Assembly (NCBI GenBank): GCA_003427395.1 | Contig: BFEA01000002.1 | Span: 5,613,483-5,677,482 of the forward strand | Length of the DNA stretch: 64,000 nt | Source: Chara braunii | Taxonomy: Eukaryota > Plantae > Charophyceae | Reading direction: 5' to 3' | In this document: in pieces, positions 44,459 to 58,426 of the stretch | How positions within the stretch are numbered: the first letter of the stretch is position 1 | How the letters are laid out: every line of letters begins with the position of its first letter | The notes under the pieces: generated by a model | Database searches by the model: none | What the model was told of the DNA's origin: nothing | Seen by the model: only the letters and a program-made list of their open reading frames with translations | Position numbers and translations under genes: made by a program

Positions 44459-46092
44459 TGCCGTGCGTGTTTGTGTGTGTGTGTGGTGCTGTGCGTGTAA
44501 ACGCACTCCGGTGTAGCTCCAGTACACAACTAGTGTACTCTGCCGGGCGACACCCAAGGACCGACCCATGCACCTTGGACAACCTAAACACAATTCTCAC
44601 ATAGCCCCGTAGTGGACCAAACATTGACAGTTGGACAGTTGGGAGTACAAACAACAAAGGACATAGGCCGGAGGGCGCGGGGGAGGTGGATGAGCAAACA
44701 AACAGCACTCGGACATCCATCCAAAGCAAATACGCCCCTTGTACCTTTTTTTCCACTCCATCAAACACATCGCCAGTGAAGATAAGATCCGGGCCGGTTT
44801 TTTTCCCGTCTACTACAAATCAAATCGCATCTTACTTAGTAGATGGTTGCCTCTTAGTCGTTGAGTGGAGATAGGGAGACTTTAGGCGCGAAAGACAGTG
44901 CAGCAAAGGACTTAGTAGATGATTGCCTCTTAGTCGTTGAGTGAAGATAGGGAGACTTTAGGCGTGAAAGACAGTGCAGCAAAGGACATAGGCTGGAGGG
45001 CATGGGCAAGGCGGGTGGGCAGGCAAACAGCTCAAGGCAACAACGCATGCCACTGGGTGAAAGGCATGGGGTAGACAGATAGGCAGGCAAGCAGCAAAAG
45101 GTATAAGGGAATGATAGCAAGTCAAAGGACAACAAGGCAAAAGCAGCAACCGAAAGATATAAAAATTTACAGAAAGCAACGTCTGAAAAAAAAAAAGCTG
45201 ATGATAGATTGTTTTGTCAGAATTGCACCAAATCATCAGTAGAGCCTGAACCCTCGACAATCTGCAGAATCTCTGTATTTTATGGTTTGGGTCATGCAAC
45301 CTTTGATCCTTGTTGAAGTCAGACTGTCCGCAAGCGGAACATAGCAGTTGGCAGCAACCTTGCGGAGCACCGGGCAACGCAGTAGAGGGGACCGGGCTGC
45401 ACAACGCCAAAAACGACCGCAAGGAATGACACGGCACACAGGAAACGCAACGTGGCAGCCATGCGGTGCAGCACAAGGCAACACCACCAAGGCAGCAACA
45501 CTGCAAGGCTATGTATCCCCTCCGGCGGCGGACAGGCGCGGCCAGTCCGCGAAGCCAGCGGATGTGTCCGTGCGGACGCGCGTATTGGCGGACACGTGGC
45601 GGCCGGAGGAGAGGGGGTTTCACCATTCTGGCGGCGCCACGTGGCGGCGCATCCCCTGCCCCACCCCCCCCCAACAAAAAAAAAACGAAAAAGATGAATT
45701 TTTGGTGGGGGGGGTATGGGCGAAANNNNNNNNNNNNNNNNNNNNNNNNNNNNNNNNNNNNNNNNNNNNNNNNNNNNNNNNNNNNNNNNNNNNNNNNNNN
45801 NNNNNNNNNNNNNNNNNNNNNNNNNNNNNNNNNNNNNNNNNNNNNNNNNNNNNNNNNNNNNNNNNNNNNNNNNNNNNNNNNNNNNNNNNNNNNNNNNNNN
45901 NNNNNNNNNNNNNNNNNNNNNNNNNNNNNNNNNNNNNNNNNNNNNNNNNNNNNNNNNNNNNNNNNNNNNNNNNNNNNNNNNNNNNNNNNNNNNNNNNNNN
46001 NNNNNNNNNNNNNNNNNNNNNNNNNNNNNNNNNNNNNNNNNCTCTCTCTCTCTCTCTCACTCAGTCTCTCTCTCTCTCTCTCTCTCACTCAG

Positions 46093-46160
<68 letters not shown>

Positions 46161-47229
46161 GCACACTCACAATCAATCAATCAATCAGTCAAACCTTTTT
46201 TTTTTCGAGTTTTTTGTTTATTTATTTTTAAATCTTGTATCTTTACTTTTCTAAAACACCTCATACCCCTGCAAAAAACAGAAATTCATTTCTAAAAAAT
46301 ACAGGTGAACTCAGGGACCATATATCTGATGATAAAAAATGAAAAAAAAAAAATCCAACTTTTCTTTATATATATATTTTTAATGTTTTTAAAAGCGGGT
46401 TTAGTTTTTGATTTTTTAAAAATCCGAAACAAAGGCGGATTCCAAAACAAAAAAATGGGGTTGTAGGGTTTAAAATTCCCTACAACCCCATATATATATA
46501 TATATATTTTTACCTATTATTTAATTCAGGAAGTTCTAGTAAAATCGGGTCCGCGGTGCGGACCAGGTAGGCCGCGGATGCGGACCCGTCTGCGTCCGCC
46601 ATCCGAGATTGGACCCGCGGATGTGTCTGCGGGTGTTACATAGCTGCAAGGGACGACAGGCCAAGGGTTACATAGCTGCAAGGGACGACAGGCCAAGGGG
46701 CTGAGCAGCACAGCAACCATGCGGTGAAGCACGAGGCAAACCCAACAAGGCCACGGAATTACAAGGGGGCAAGCAAAGGACACAGAAGGCGTGGCCAGGA
46801 GAAGGGTGGAACGGCAGCAGAGCAGCGTGCAAGGCAAAGCCAACAACATGGCCACACCACACAGCGAACAGAAAAGCTTGTCAAAGGACCATATGTGAAG
46901 CAAGCGGGGCAGACAGTGGTGAAGCGCAGACGAGGCAGTCCAGACATCCAACACAGAGCAAAGTGGCACATGGTCACGTACTCGCATCATGATTGAACAG
47001 CGCATACTGTTGGTTCCCACCACCCGTTGAGCCAGGGAGTCACTCAGACGACCATCCGTCTCCACCCGCAGGAAACGCAGACATCCCGCCCCCCAATGAG
47101 TGCTGTAGGCACTCCAAATGAGGAATGACTGACTGTTTGGCACTACTTGAGGGTGCTCAGTTGGGCACATGGAAAGTAAGAAAAAATTAGAGGAAAGAAA
47201 AATGGCTGGAAGAAAACAAACATAAAACT

Positions 47230-47265
<36 letters not shown>

Positions 47266-47344
47266 AATTTCACAACAACCCCTGTTCCACACAGATGAGT
47301 AGAACCAAGGTCACTGCAAAACTATAACACGAAGCACAATATCT

Positions 47345-49800
47345 TTTTTTTTTTTTTTTTTTTTTTTGAACAGGTCCTTATGGCCGTGGCTCCATTTCCA
47401 TTATGCTGGGGAACATGAGTCCCGTTCCTTTTCCACCGGCAAGTCGGAATAAAACGTTACATCAAGACACACTCACGCTTCCTTCCGTCTGGCCGAAGGA
47501 ACCCGGACCAGCATTGATTACGCCATCATCGTGGAGGATCGACTTGCCTTGCTTCCACCTTTCCTCTCAGGTCCACATTATGAGCCTGTCAGATAAACAA
47601 TAAAGAGCAAGAAAGGTAAAAGGACGCTGTGTAGGATGCAATCTCGGAAATTGCCCTTCAATGTTATGTGGCCTGTGATGGCTCTTGGCCATCTGCTGGC
47701 TGGGATCTCTGCTTCCACCCTCCTGTTTCTGAGTTGTGCCAGGCTTTCCACCGTAGGCAAAGGTCATTTCTCTCTGCAACTTTGTCCCCTGCAAGCCACA
47801 CCTTAGTGAATTTTGCCTTGATTCTTCTCTCAGTTCTTCATCATCTGGCATGGCCTGCAACTTTGTCCCCTGCAAGCCACACCTTAGTGAATTTTGCCTT
47901 GATTCTTCTCTCTGTTGCTCTTCGTCCTGGCATGGCGTGTCTCGTCTTATGCCACCTACACAGAATCTCTGCCTGAATCAAGGTCTGTCCTTGTCTCCGC
48001 GAATACCTTCTCCCACCTTGGCGTTGAGATTCCCTCCCTCAATGGTTCCGTTCTGCAGCTCCTTTCCTTCCTGATGGACCACCACAGCATTACCTTTGTG
48101 ATCGCTCGGATCTGAACCACGTTTTTTTCTTTTTGTGTGGAATTGAGTGCGGATGTTAGTAGTCGGTTGAAGGAGTTGGATGGGGTGGCCAGGGAGGGGG
48201 GTCGAGAAGAGGGAATCGCAGAGATTGGACGCCCTCACCCAATATTCGGTCGTCTCTCTGCATCGTATGAGGCAATGTAGCATATCTTCTGGTTCATTAT
48301 GTGAGCATACTGCACATAAGTTTAAAAAAAAAAAAAAAAAACTGTTGGGGTTATTCTTCTTCTGATATGCAGCCACTGATTAACCGGTAGAGCGACGGAT
48401 GAGATGAGCCGTTGGAGGCTTCTGATTTTGAACGGATGGATCGAGTTTTTTTTATTTTTTTTTCCATGGTATTTGTGCGATCAGATTACCGTATTCCCCT
48501 GAACATAATGCACCCTGATATGAATGTATGAAAGGCATGTTTCCGGCCCGATACAGTCAAAATGAGGGTGCGTTGTGTTGGGGGGAAGACGGTAGCGTCG
48601 TGGCCTAGTAACTTCTGCCATGGGTTGTTGATCGTTGTGTCAGGATCCTTTTTTTCTTTTTCTTCTTTTCAAAAGCCCAGAGTGTTGTAGAGGCCAAGGA
48701 CCACACCCGCGGTGATTGCTAGTAGCGGCAGCCAATGGTTGTCCTGACATGATAGCCCACCTAACCTACCCGTCCCCACGTTGGGTCAGGATCCTTTGTT
48801 TTTTGAGGATTACAGGCCTCGCCACACCACTCTCGGAATGTGCAAAAGACAAAAATGTGGCGGGCGCATCTGGTCATGTTATAGTGAGAAGTTAGTTCTC
48901 ATTTTGCACATTTCGAGAGTGGTGTGGCGATGCCCTAGGCTGTATCCCAGTTCGACTGTGTATTCCTCGGTGGGGACATTCGTTTTGAGACTTCTGCTTC
49001 TATCTGGTGTCCCCAAGCCCAGTCTGCGGGATAAAATTCCAGATCTTGAATCGCCGTATCTATTCTGAAGATTGTTTTTGGCGACGGTCCCAACACTCTT
49101 GCTTTTCTGAGAACAAAGGGGTTTAGGACTGTTCTTTCCACCTCCTTATTCATTATACATGCGAGGCCCTCCGTGGAGTGGGTAATTGGAAAAGAGGTAA
49201 ACACCGCCAGGCTATCCGGCCCTTGCTGTTTAAGTGAGGGTGTTAAATCCTGCACCCTCACTTCCCATTCACCCAATTTCCAGGTTGAGGTTTCCCTCAA
49301 CAACTCCTTCCAGCCTTCTGGGATGCTGTTTATAATGGAGTGTATGTAGATTCTCGTCTCGTTGAATAATGGAGTGTATGTAGATTCTCATCTCGTCGGT
49401 GACATGTTTTGAGCTGGGACCCTCACTCCCCGTTCATCCGATTTCAGGTTGAGTTTCCTGTCCTGTCACCCGGTCCTTTTTCTCCTCATTCCACAGATGA
49501 TGGCCCACTGTCCCAACTCCATGTTAGATCCACGATAGCCATCTCTTTCCGCTAGGCTTAAGGGATAGGTGGTTATCACTTTCGTCTCTCACCCACGGAG
49601 TACCAAACAGGGGTTGCCGCAACACCTTATCTTTGGATTTGGGTCTACCCACCTTCTTCGGCACGACTTCCCACCATATCTGTAGCAATGCAGTCCAATA
49701 TGGTGTGGGGGGCCTGGTTTCAGTTAAACCGACTCGGACGAAGCACAATATCTGATAATATCCAAAATCACAGGAATCTTCCCTTTGTACAAGCAAGGAA
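47345..49800 (-). mobile_element. Fragmented L1-type LINE ORF2 3' region with poly(A)
   Basis: zf-RVT-like CAVCSHNEPEDMLHCLIRCRETTEYW (about 48235-48320); poly-T at 47345-47367; interrupted by a MITE. Confidence 0.6.
48487..48594. mobile_element. MITE family 1
   Basis: TA-CCGTATTCCCCTGAAC...GTTGGGGGGAAGACGG-TA. Confidence 0.8.
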
Positions 49801-50995
49801 TCGCATCTTTATACAAGTGATGCGACACACTTGAGACGAGGGCAATCCAACAATGAAACCAATATGGAACTGCAAGGGAAATGAGCAATAGCGAGATGAC
49901 AATGTCCAGAATGCACAATCATGTTGAAGGCCAGATAGAATCACAGTGTCCATAAAGCAGAAATGCACCTATATAACACCAATGAAGAATCATAACACTG
50001 AAAACCAATGTCAATGAGAGCTTGCTCTTGCAACCAACAACATGAGTGTCCAGGCCCTATCTCCCTAGCGCCCAGCCTGCTTCCTATGCAGCTACAGTCT
50101 GCCTACTAATTGACAATGCAACTGTTGACGTCAGCAGCTCACGAAGTACTTGAAGATGTTGCCCAATGCAGACCCCATCGCCAATACCAGGCATGTGCCC
50201 TCATATCATCATCATCATCATCATCATCCTTCTCTATTCGCTGACTTATTCCCACGTCTTCCCTCTGTACACCCGGAGACCACTCCTGCGCCTCGCTGTA
50301 GTCGAAGCCCATCCAACTATGGAGGCTGGGCTATGGCGCTGCCCTCAGCAGCTCGCTGCTTCCTGCACGACCGCACGCACTAGCACCTTGCCTCTCAGTG
50401 CCAGCAGCAGCCTACGAGCGTCCGCTCCCGCAGCGCTGCCGCCATCGCTGAATACCCGGCCAGGCAGCGAGCTCTTTCTTATATGGAAACACCCTGCCTC
50501 TCTCGGCGGCCTGGCTGGCCTGGGCCTCTGCCCAGAAGCTTCTGGTAGGCCCCACGAGGCTGTGCCTCCGACGCTGCTGCTGGGCCTCCGTTCAGTTGGG
50601 CCTCCCAACTGCCTGTGTATATGAGGCTGCGATTCTCGCCCATGGCCTGCATTTTTGGAAAGGCCTGGAAGGCCGTGGAATGTCTTGCTGCTCGGCCTGT
50701 GTTTCCTTCAACCAACTGGCGTGGCGAAACTGCGTGGAACCCAAATACGAAGTTGACAGCTGAGGGCCTCGCGTGATTTGTTAGGCCCGCCTTCACTTAG
50801 GGCGGGCACATCTGAAACAGGAGCCCCTTAGGCCTGCCGAGGACCCAGATCCTCGCAGAACACAATAGAATTGAATAAATCCATTTGATCGTTTTCGTGA
50901 TTATGATTACATCGACTATCGTTGGGAGGCCTCCCATGTGATTTGTTTTGCAGCTCCCGTCTGACCGTGTATCTTCTTCTTCTTCTTTTTCTTCT

Positions 50996-51026
<31 letters not shown>

Positions 51027-51427
51027 GTGGGAACAAAACTCCAGTCAATTCGTGGGGAGCAACACGTGCTGGGAACCGTGCCCAGCGTCCCATATGGAAT
51101 CTTACCGTGTATCTCACGTACAAGGCTGGCCACGTTGTCGAGAGCGCCAGCTGCCCACATCCCCATGTGGCATGTGCCTTTACGACCCACTTGCACAAGG
51201 TATTGTTGAAGCAATCAGGTCTTTGGACTGTCATCCTGATCCGTTTGTTCCCTGTCTGTCTGTCTGTCTGTCTGTCTGTCTTTCTCATCTCGAAAGCCCT
51301 CACTGGCAGTGAAAATCTGCCTGCTATCTCTTCCAGGAAAGCGGTTCTGGTTAGGGTGAAAAAAAGGGGGAAAAAAGAGGATCACCACCGTTGCATTCCT
51401 GCCTTCCTCAGATTGGGTCTGTGGCAC

Positions 51428-51576
51428 TGGAGTCATGTTCAAATTCGCAGTCAAACATGAGTTAAAACCCACTTGAGTCTGTAAGTGGGTCTGTGCCACA
51501 GACTCCAGTGCGTCTCTTGTGGACTTGGCACACGATTTTTAACTCATGTTTGACTGCGAATTTGAACATGACTCCA
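51428..51576. repeat. Perfect 40-bp inverted repeat with a 69-bp spacer
   Basis: TGGAGTCATGTTCAAATTCGCAGTCAAACATGAGTTAAAA and its exact reverse complement at 51537-51576. Confidence 0.9.
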
Positions 51577-51745
51577 AGGCAAAAGTTGCTTGTACATGAC
51601 TCCAGTGCCACAGACTCCAGTGCGTCTCTTGAAACCCACTTATGTTTTATTTTAAATGCGTGTGCCAAGTCCGTGCACACCCTTTTTTTTTTTTTTTTTT
51701 TGAACGCCTGTGTTTTGGCCTACTCCGTGCTCTTCCAAAATTGGC

Positions 51746-52072
51746 TGCCATCTTCACCCAAATACAACGCCCAGTCATTATAGCTGTATTTGGGACATCT
51801 TTCAGTCCAGATACTGCGATAATGACCAGGTGTTGTATTCGGGTCAAGATGGTAGTTTGGTCCCAGTCTCAGAGCTGACCGCGCCAGGCAAAAAACATTG
51901 CATGGATATTATTATTATTATGTGTCGAAGTCGTCTGGCCAAACTGACTTGGGACCAAACTGCATCGCTACCATCTTCACCCGAATAAAACGGCCGGTCA
52001 TTCAAGCTGTATTTGGTGCACCTTTCAGTCCAGATGCACTGGGCGCTGTGTTGCGTTCGGGTGAAGACAGTA
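51746..52072. mobile_element. Two adjacent MITE family 1 copies (51746-51854, 51969-52072)
   Basis: CCATCTTCACCC..ATA...TTCGGGT(C/G)AAGA..GTA ends. Confidence 0.75.
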
Positions 52073-52529
52073 GTTTGTTCCAAGTCTGGGAGTCTACTTG
52101 ACCGGGCACACAAAAATTATGCATGGCTATTTTGGTCCCAGTCTGTCTTTGCCGAACTGAATTCAATTTGGCAGCACCAAAAAAAAAAAGAAAAAAAAAA
52201 AAAGTAAAGGGGCCCTTGGGGGGTGTAAAAACATAGCCCTTGCTTGTCTGAGTATGTAATATGTATGTGAGGGAGATTGACTCGGTGCTGATTTCTTTTG
52301 CATCCCTGTTTGCCCTAAGCAGAAGTACCAACTGATTTAGCAAATGAGCACCCTTTTTTTTTTTTTTTTTTCCTCAATTTGAAGTCCCATGTTTGATTTC
52401 ACACCAGAACAAAGCCCCCTTTGATCAAAACGATGACTCCCTTTCGCCTAAGTGCGAGTGGGGGTCACAATCGGCTGAGGACCAAGTTGGCAAATTGGCA
52501 AATATGGGTGAAGGATTCATCATTCATAT

Positions 52530-52820
52530 GACGACCCCCTTTTGACAGCCTTTTGACCCCCTTCTGAGGCCCTTTTGACCCCGTTTTGACCCCCTTTTGA
52601 CCACCTTTTGATCCTCTTCTGACCCCCTTCTGACTCCCTTCTGACCCCCCTTTGACCCCCTTCTGACCCCCTTTTGATGCCCTTCTGACCCCGTCTTGAA
52701 CCCCTTCTCACCCCCTTCCGACCCCCTTCTGACCACCTTTTGACCCCGTTTTGACCCCCTTCTGAGCCCCTTTTTGACCCCCTTCTGACCCCCTTCTGAA
52801 CCCAGTCTGACCCCCTTTTG
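52530..52820. repeat. 11-bp minisatellite (TTYTGACCCCC)n
   Basis: Directly visible. Confidence 0.9.
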
Positions 52821-53351
52821 CCTGTATCTGAGTGGCAGTCAAAATTGGATGAGGAGTCAGGACCAGGTTTGCGAACGTGGGAGTGAGGACGCAGGGTTGA
52901 CAGTACAATGACCCCCTCCTTTCGCCTGAGGCAGACTCACCTCCACCTTTTTTTTTTTTTTTTTTTAATTATTATTATTATTAAACTCCCTTTTGGATAT
53001 TAGAGGTGTTGAGCCAGACTCACCTCCTCCACTCTGGAAGGGGAATCTTTACTTTTTCCTTTTTTGTTCTTTTCAATCTTTTCGTAGTAATTAAGGGGAA
53101 AAGGAAAACTTATATTATGTTGTCTGTGAGTCTGTAACTAGTAAGTTTTGTAAGCGGTAAATGCAAATGAACTTGACAACTTGGTACATATGGCAGACCA
53201 AGAGTCACCAAATTAAAATATATGCGTATGTTCATGCATCGGTCTGCTATTTGGTGCCAGGTACATTCATTTCACCTCAAAAAACTTGCACTGTATGCGT
53301 ATGTACGGCTCCAATCCTGCTGCACCGGTATGTGCTTCTGAGTCGTAACAT

Positions 53352-54522
53352 CTAGTAAGAGAGAACCCAAGCCATAAGTGCTGTGATGAGAGCCATCAAA
53401 ATTGCATCGAGCGTCGAATGCGAAATGTGAAAGGGAAGGTAAAGTGTGCACAAGGCATGCAACAATCTACAATTGCAGAGGAGAGGATGCTGCATCGACT
53501 CAGCTGAGCTGCGGGCATAGTCGCCAAACCCCAACCCTCCGCCTCCTCCAGCCAAGTCCCCTCCTTTATCACTTCCCTGCTCTCCATTTCCTCCCTCCCC
53601 GCCTTGCCATCCTTCCCCTCCTTCTCCCCAATAAGCTTCTCCTCCCTCCCCTCCACCTCCGCCTCCGGCTTCCCCTCCTCCGTCCCCTCCTCCGTCCCCT
53701 CCTCCTTCCTCTCCTCCTTCGCCTCCTCCTCCCCAATACCCTTGTCGTGCCTCCCCTCCACCTCCCTCCTCCCCTCCTCCATCACCTCCTTTTCCTCCTT
53801 TCTCTCCTGGACCTCCTCCCCCCTCTTGTCCTCCTCCCTGTCCTCCACCTCGCTTTCCTCCTCCTCCTTCCTCCCCTTCTCCCCCTCCTCCATCCCCTCC
53901 CCCTACTCCTGCACCTGCGCCAGGGGCTGGCCCGTCTCTCTGACTTCCTCCAGGGGCGCCACCGCCCTGGCCTCCTCCTGGAGGCACCCTCGCACCTGTC
54001 GCACCTCCCCCTCCGTCATATCTGCGCCCTGAGCTCCTCAGATCTCCCTGGTCAGGCCACCCGTCTGCCATGTTTATGCATGAAGGAGGCTGGACACTGC
54101 TGCTGCCACCGAACGCCTGCAGGCAAAAGAAATATGGCGGCGCGCCAATGGAGCTCTCTAAGTTTACGTTTCTGAGCTGTATGCTTCTGCACGGCTCTGC
54201 TCGACTACAAGCTAACCTCCCCATCCGTCCATCAAGTGCCGACCCTGTCCCTCTCACACCGTCAAAGACAATGTTGGTGATCTCCACACCGCGGCTTCCT
54301 TGCTTGCATCGACGACCATTGCAATGATAGAACGCGTCGATGACCAGAGGCATGTGGACATTAATCATTTTAAGATTCCTAAACACAACATTATCGACCG
54401 ATCCTTGTCCGTTGGGCCAGGCCTTGATTCGTGCCCCGTTTGCCGACCCTTCGTATGTAATGTCGCTTATCTGTACGTCATGGATATATGCTATAGTTCC
54501 TCCTTCTCCCAAGCCGCCAATG
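53352..54522 (-). CDS. Polygalacturonase (GH28), last coding exon, with a Gly/Glu-rich extension and hydrophobic C-terminus; upstream exons not identified in the window
   Basis: Acceptor TACAG|C ATT GGC GGC TTG GGA completes (GHGI)SIGGLG; NGARIKAW is the RIKT motif; PLVIDAFYHC, GVEITNIVF, LACSRAEPCRSIQLRNVNL and QPPSC match the plant PG C-terminus. Confidence 0.9.
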
Positions 54523-54674
54523 CTGTATTAACACCGCCACCAAAAGAGCACCATCCCACGTGGAAGAGGGAGTGAGGGCATATACTCACACAAGAACTGT
54601 CGTAAATGCGCAAAAAAAAATTAATGTACCATACAATAAGCGTATTCCCAGAGAGAAAAACCAAGATGGGCTAC

Positions 54675-54949
<275 letters not shown>

Positions 54950-55496
54950 GCGGCAACCACTTGTAATTCACTAAATTCAATTGTTTTTGCTGGGACTATG
55001 TCCGATGGCAGCTGGAGTACATCATACAGGCACAGGCACAAAAACAATCAGGTTCTTCTCTTTTGTTTTTCGTTTTTCTTTTTATTATTTTATAAATAAA
55101 ATAACTCCTGCGGACAGGGTAGGACATATGATTAATATCAAAAAAGAAAAGAAAAGAAAAAAAAAAGAGGCAGCCTTTACCGGGTTTACCCCACTATGTT
55201 TATATGCTATCTGGATCTGCTTATTAACTGCTGTCAACCTACCAGTGTCCGCCAATACTCCTACGGAAGGTACATTGAAATGACAGAAAATAAAATAAAA
55301 TAAAATAAAAATAAATGACAGTTACGTGGCAAATTGTTCGAAAGCAAGTTCATAGCTTTAAATGGAGCCGCCCGATCGTCGATCGAAAACCCATCAGTCC
55401 TTTCGGTTCTCGTACCACCACTGGGATAGAGCGCTGGCACAAGGGCTTTCACCCCAAAAAAAAAAGTCCCGGTCAAGGTCCTAGACAGACCCAGCA

Positions 55497-55558
<62 letters not shown>

Positions 55559-55729
55559 TTAGACACTTTGCTGCAGATATGACAACTTAAATTTGGTTCT
55601 ATGTAACTTAGGGCAGATTACCCAGAAACGCGACACTCGGCGAGCGGTCCTTATGTTTCCGTAAAACATTGGCACATCCCGGCTTAAAGTTTCCGCATCC
55701 ATTCCATCTGCCCAACTTATTTAGATCTC

Positions 55730-55881
55730 TTAAACCACCCGTACTTGGGCGACGCCTTAGCGTTAAGGCTATGTGATTTCCGCGGCCGGCGGGCCATCAA
55801 TAAATCGAATCGACAGCCCGCGCTGCTTCGAGATTTGGGCGGCCGGCGCGGCGCGCAGTGCCCAAGTACTGGTGGTTTTAA
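55730..55881. mobile_element. MITE family 3
   Basis: TTAA-ACCACCCGTACTTGGGC...GCCCAAGTACTGGTGGT-(T)TTAA. Confidence 0.75.
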
Positions 55882-56959
55882 CTTATCGAATTCCTTCCTT
55901 GCCTCCATCCAAATCTTCTCCGCACCCATCCTAATCAAACAAGTCCCTCAGTGACCCTCAGTGCTTCCTTGTCCAGCTGAGGACAAATCACAACAATTTC
56001 TCCTTCACTGCCCACAAACAATTTCTCCTTCACTTCCCACAAACAAGTCTCTCAATGACCCTCATTGCTTGTACAAATCACAACAATTTGTTGTTCCTTG
56101 TAACAGAGAAATTGTTGTTCCTTGTACAGCTGAGGGCAAATCTCAACAATTGAATTGGTTGGGCTTAAAGAATTAGCCTTAAAAAAAAATAAAAAAAATT
56201 CTCTGCAGTTACGACGAAGATCAACTGCCGGTGGGAACATCAGATCCAACGACCTACGCTTTTTTCAATTACTAAATGATAGTGAAATCACGTCATCCAT
56301 GGACAGCGTCACAGCCCGTAGCTGTTTCATAACTATGACTACCGACATTGGCATTGAGACATTGGCAGGCCCTATCGTGTTCACGCGAATCTATTCGGGT
56401 GAAGACGGTAGCCTCTTCAACGGTAATAGGTCCCGGTCCCGGTTTCCAACAAGCAAAAGACTTGGTCAATTTCAGACACAGCATCTCTGCATCGAAACTT
56501 CCTCCGAGCGCTAGGCACATTCCGAGCAATTGACATGTGCAATGTGCATATTATGCCTTTCGGCGGCAGTCGCGGAGCCTCCCACAGCCGACGGATCATA
56601 TGTCCGTCAACAGGGGGGAGATTGTAGACTGTTGGCCTGTGGGCCTGTGTGCAAGTGCAGGGCACTGAGGGCAGGACTTCCGTGGAGGTTGGCCTTGCGC
56701 TGGTTGGACAGGAAACCAGCAACAGATAGATGTGTATTTCAAATTTTTGTCCATAGACTCCATGCTTCCCTTTTTTTTTTTTTTTTTTTTTTTTTCCCCT
56801 TGTCTTCTTCTTCTTCTTCTTGTTGAAGATGTCCTGAACAGCAGGAGGGAATCTAGTTCCCCCGATCTTCGAGTCCCACAACCGTCGTCACTGTACTCGG
56901 ACCCAACTAACTCTACCATCATCATACCGTACCTGCCCTACCATCCGTGCCCCGATGTT

Positions 56960-57009
<50 letters not shown>

Positions 57010-57030
57010 CCGTGCATCGAATATTAAATC

Positions 57031-57625
57031 TGTAACCCTTCTTACTACTGCCTGCCTGTGGCAATCTGAGCCACTGGGCCCCAGTTGAGGCCCGGTTCCA
57101 GACAGGCAGGGTAGGCCTAAGGGACGACGGTTCAGATGAGGCCCAGATGGGCCTGGACCACAGCGGTTCAGGCAGGCCTAGGGTAGAGGCCTAGGGCAAA
57201 CGGCCACAAGGCCGGTACCGGTCCAGCATAGGACCTACCGGCGGCGTTTCAGAGGCTGCCACATTTAGGCGCCAAGTCCAGTTTGAATCTGGAACGTCGA
57301 TTCAGATTAACGATCCAGGCCGGTAGGTACCAGCAGGCAGGAGGCCGGCCCAGGACTACAAAAGGCTGGGTACCAGCCTCAGCGGTAGGTTAGAAGCTAG
57401 AGGTTAGTAGCGTTAGCGTTAGTCTTCAGGATTAGCGCAGCAGTTCAGCGATAACTCCATTAGCGCAGCACTGCGGCACAGCGAGGAGCAGCGAGAGAGT
57501 AGTAGTCCAGCGGCGAGGAGATTAGTGCAGCATTGGGCGCAGCGCCAGTTACCGGCCCAGGCCCCCTTGCAGCGCCATAGCTACTGTGCCAGGTACCAGG
57601 GAGGAAGGCTTTGTCTCCTTCACCG

Positions 57626-57702
<77 letters not shown>

Positions 57703-58078
57703 CTACCTTCTCAGTCTCAGGCTATTTCTGGGTTCTCCTATGGGACTACTGCAGTATGAGGGATGGTTACGAATTCTGATAACATGGGGAACATCGACAT
57801 TGGGACTACGAGTTGAGGACTACTTGGGGATCTGATTTCATCTTCTTTCTGAAGATGTACTTGACATTGTGAGATCGATATCTGCGATATTGTGAGACTT
57901 GGCATTCGCGACATTTCGGATTTTCGTCACTTCTGACATTTCAAGATACTATCTTTGGAGACATTGAATTGATGTCATCTTCCCTCTCCTCCTCCTTTCG
58001 TCTCTCCCTCTCCGCCTTCGTCCATGGATGATCTCAGTCCCTGGCCTTTCGTCTATGTCTGAGACCAGGGCATTCACA
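57031..58078. mobile_element. Possible LTR-like fragment
   Basis: Starts TGTAAC, GC-rich with AGGCC/AGCG repeats, ends ..TTCACA; no TSD seen. Confidence 0.3.
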
Positions 58079-58426
58079 CCCCTGATGAATGTTTGAGAGT
58101 GTTCGACTGCAGTCCGAGTCAGGTCCGAGTCAGTCCAAGGTATCTCAAGTCTTCCGCTTGCATTCGTATTAACTCTGTATTATCTGGTCGGTTCTGGGAA
58201 TCTGCGCCATACTTATGACTGTGTTTCACGAGTATGCAACACTGCCAGAATTCGTCGTAGTTGTTGTACTCGTATCTTTCCTGCTAAACTCCTTGACGGC
58301 ATGCAAAATCTCCGTCAGAAAACTGAGATCACTGCTGTTTCAGAATCGAAACTATATTCGTGTGATTTCTGGTATTATGCTTCGGCCACGGTTTGAGATA
58401 TACACTACTAATAAATTAAATCCCTA

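Noticed and set aside
46455-46540. Hairpin plus CTAG as a Helitron 3' end
   Set aside because: The hairpin is about 45 nt from CTAG and no 5' end or second copy is visible
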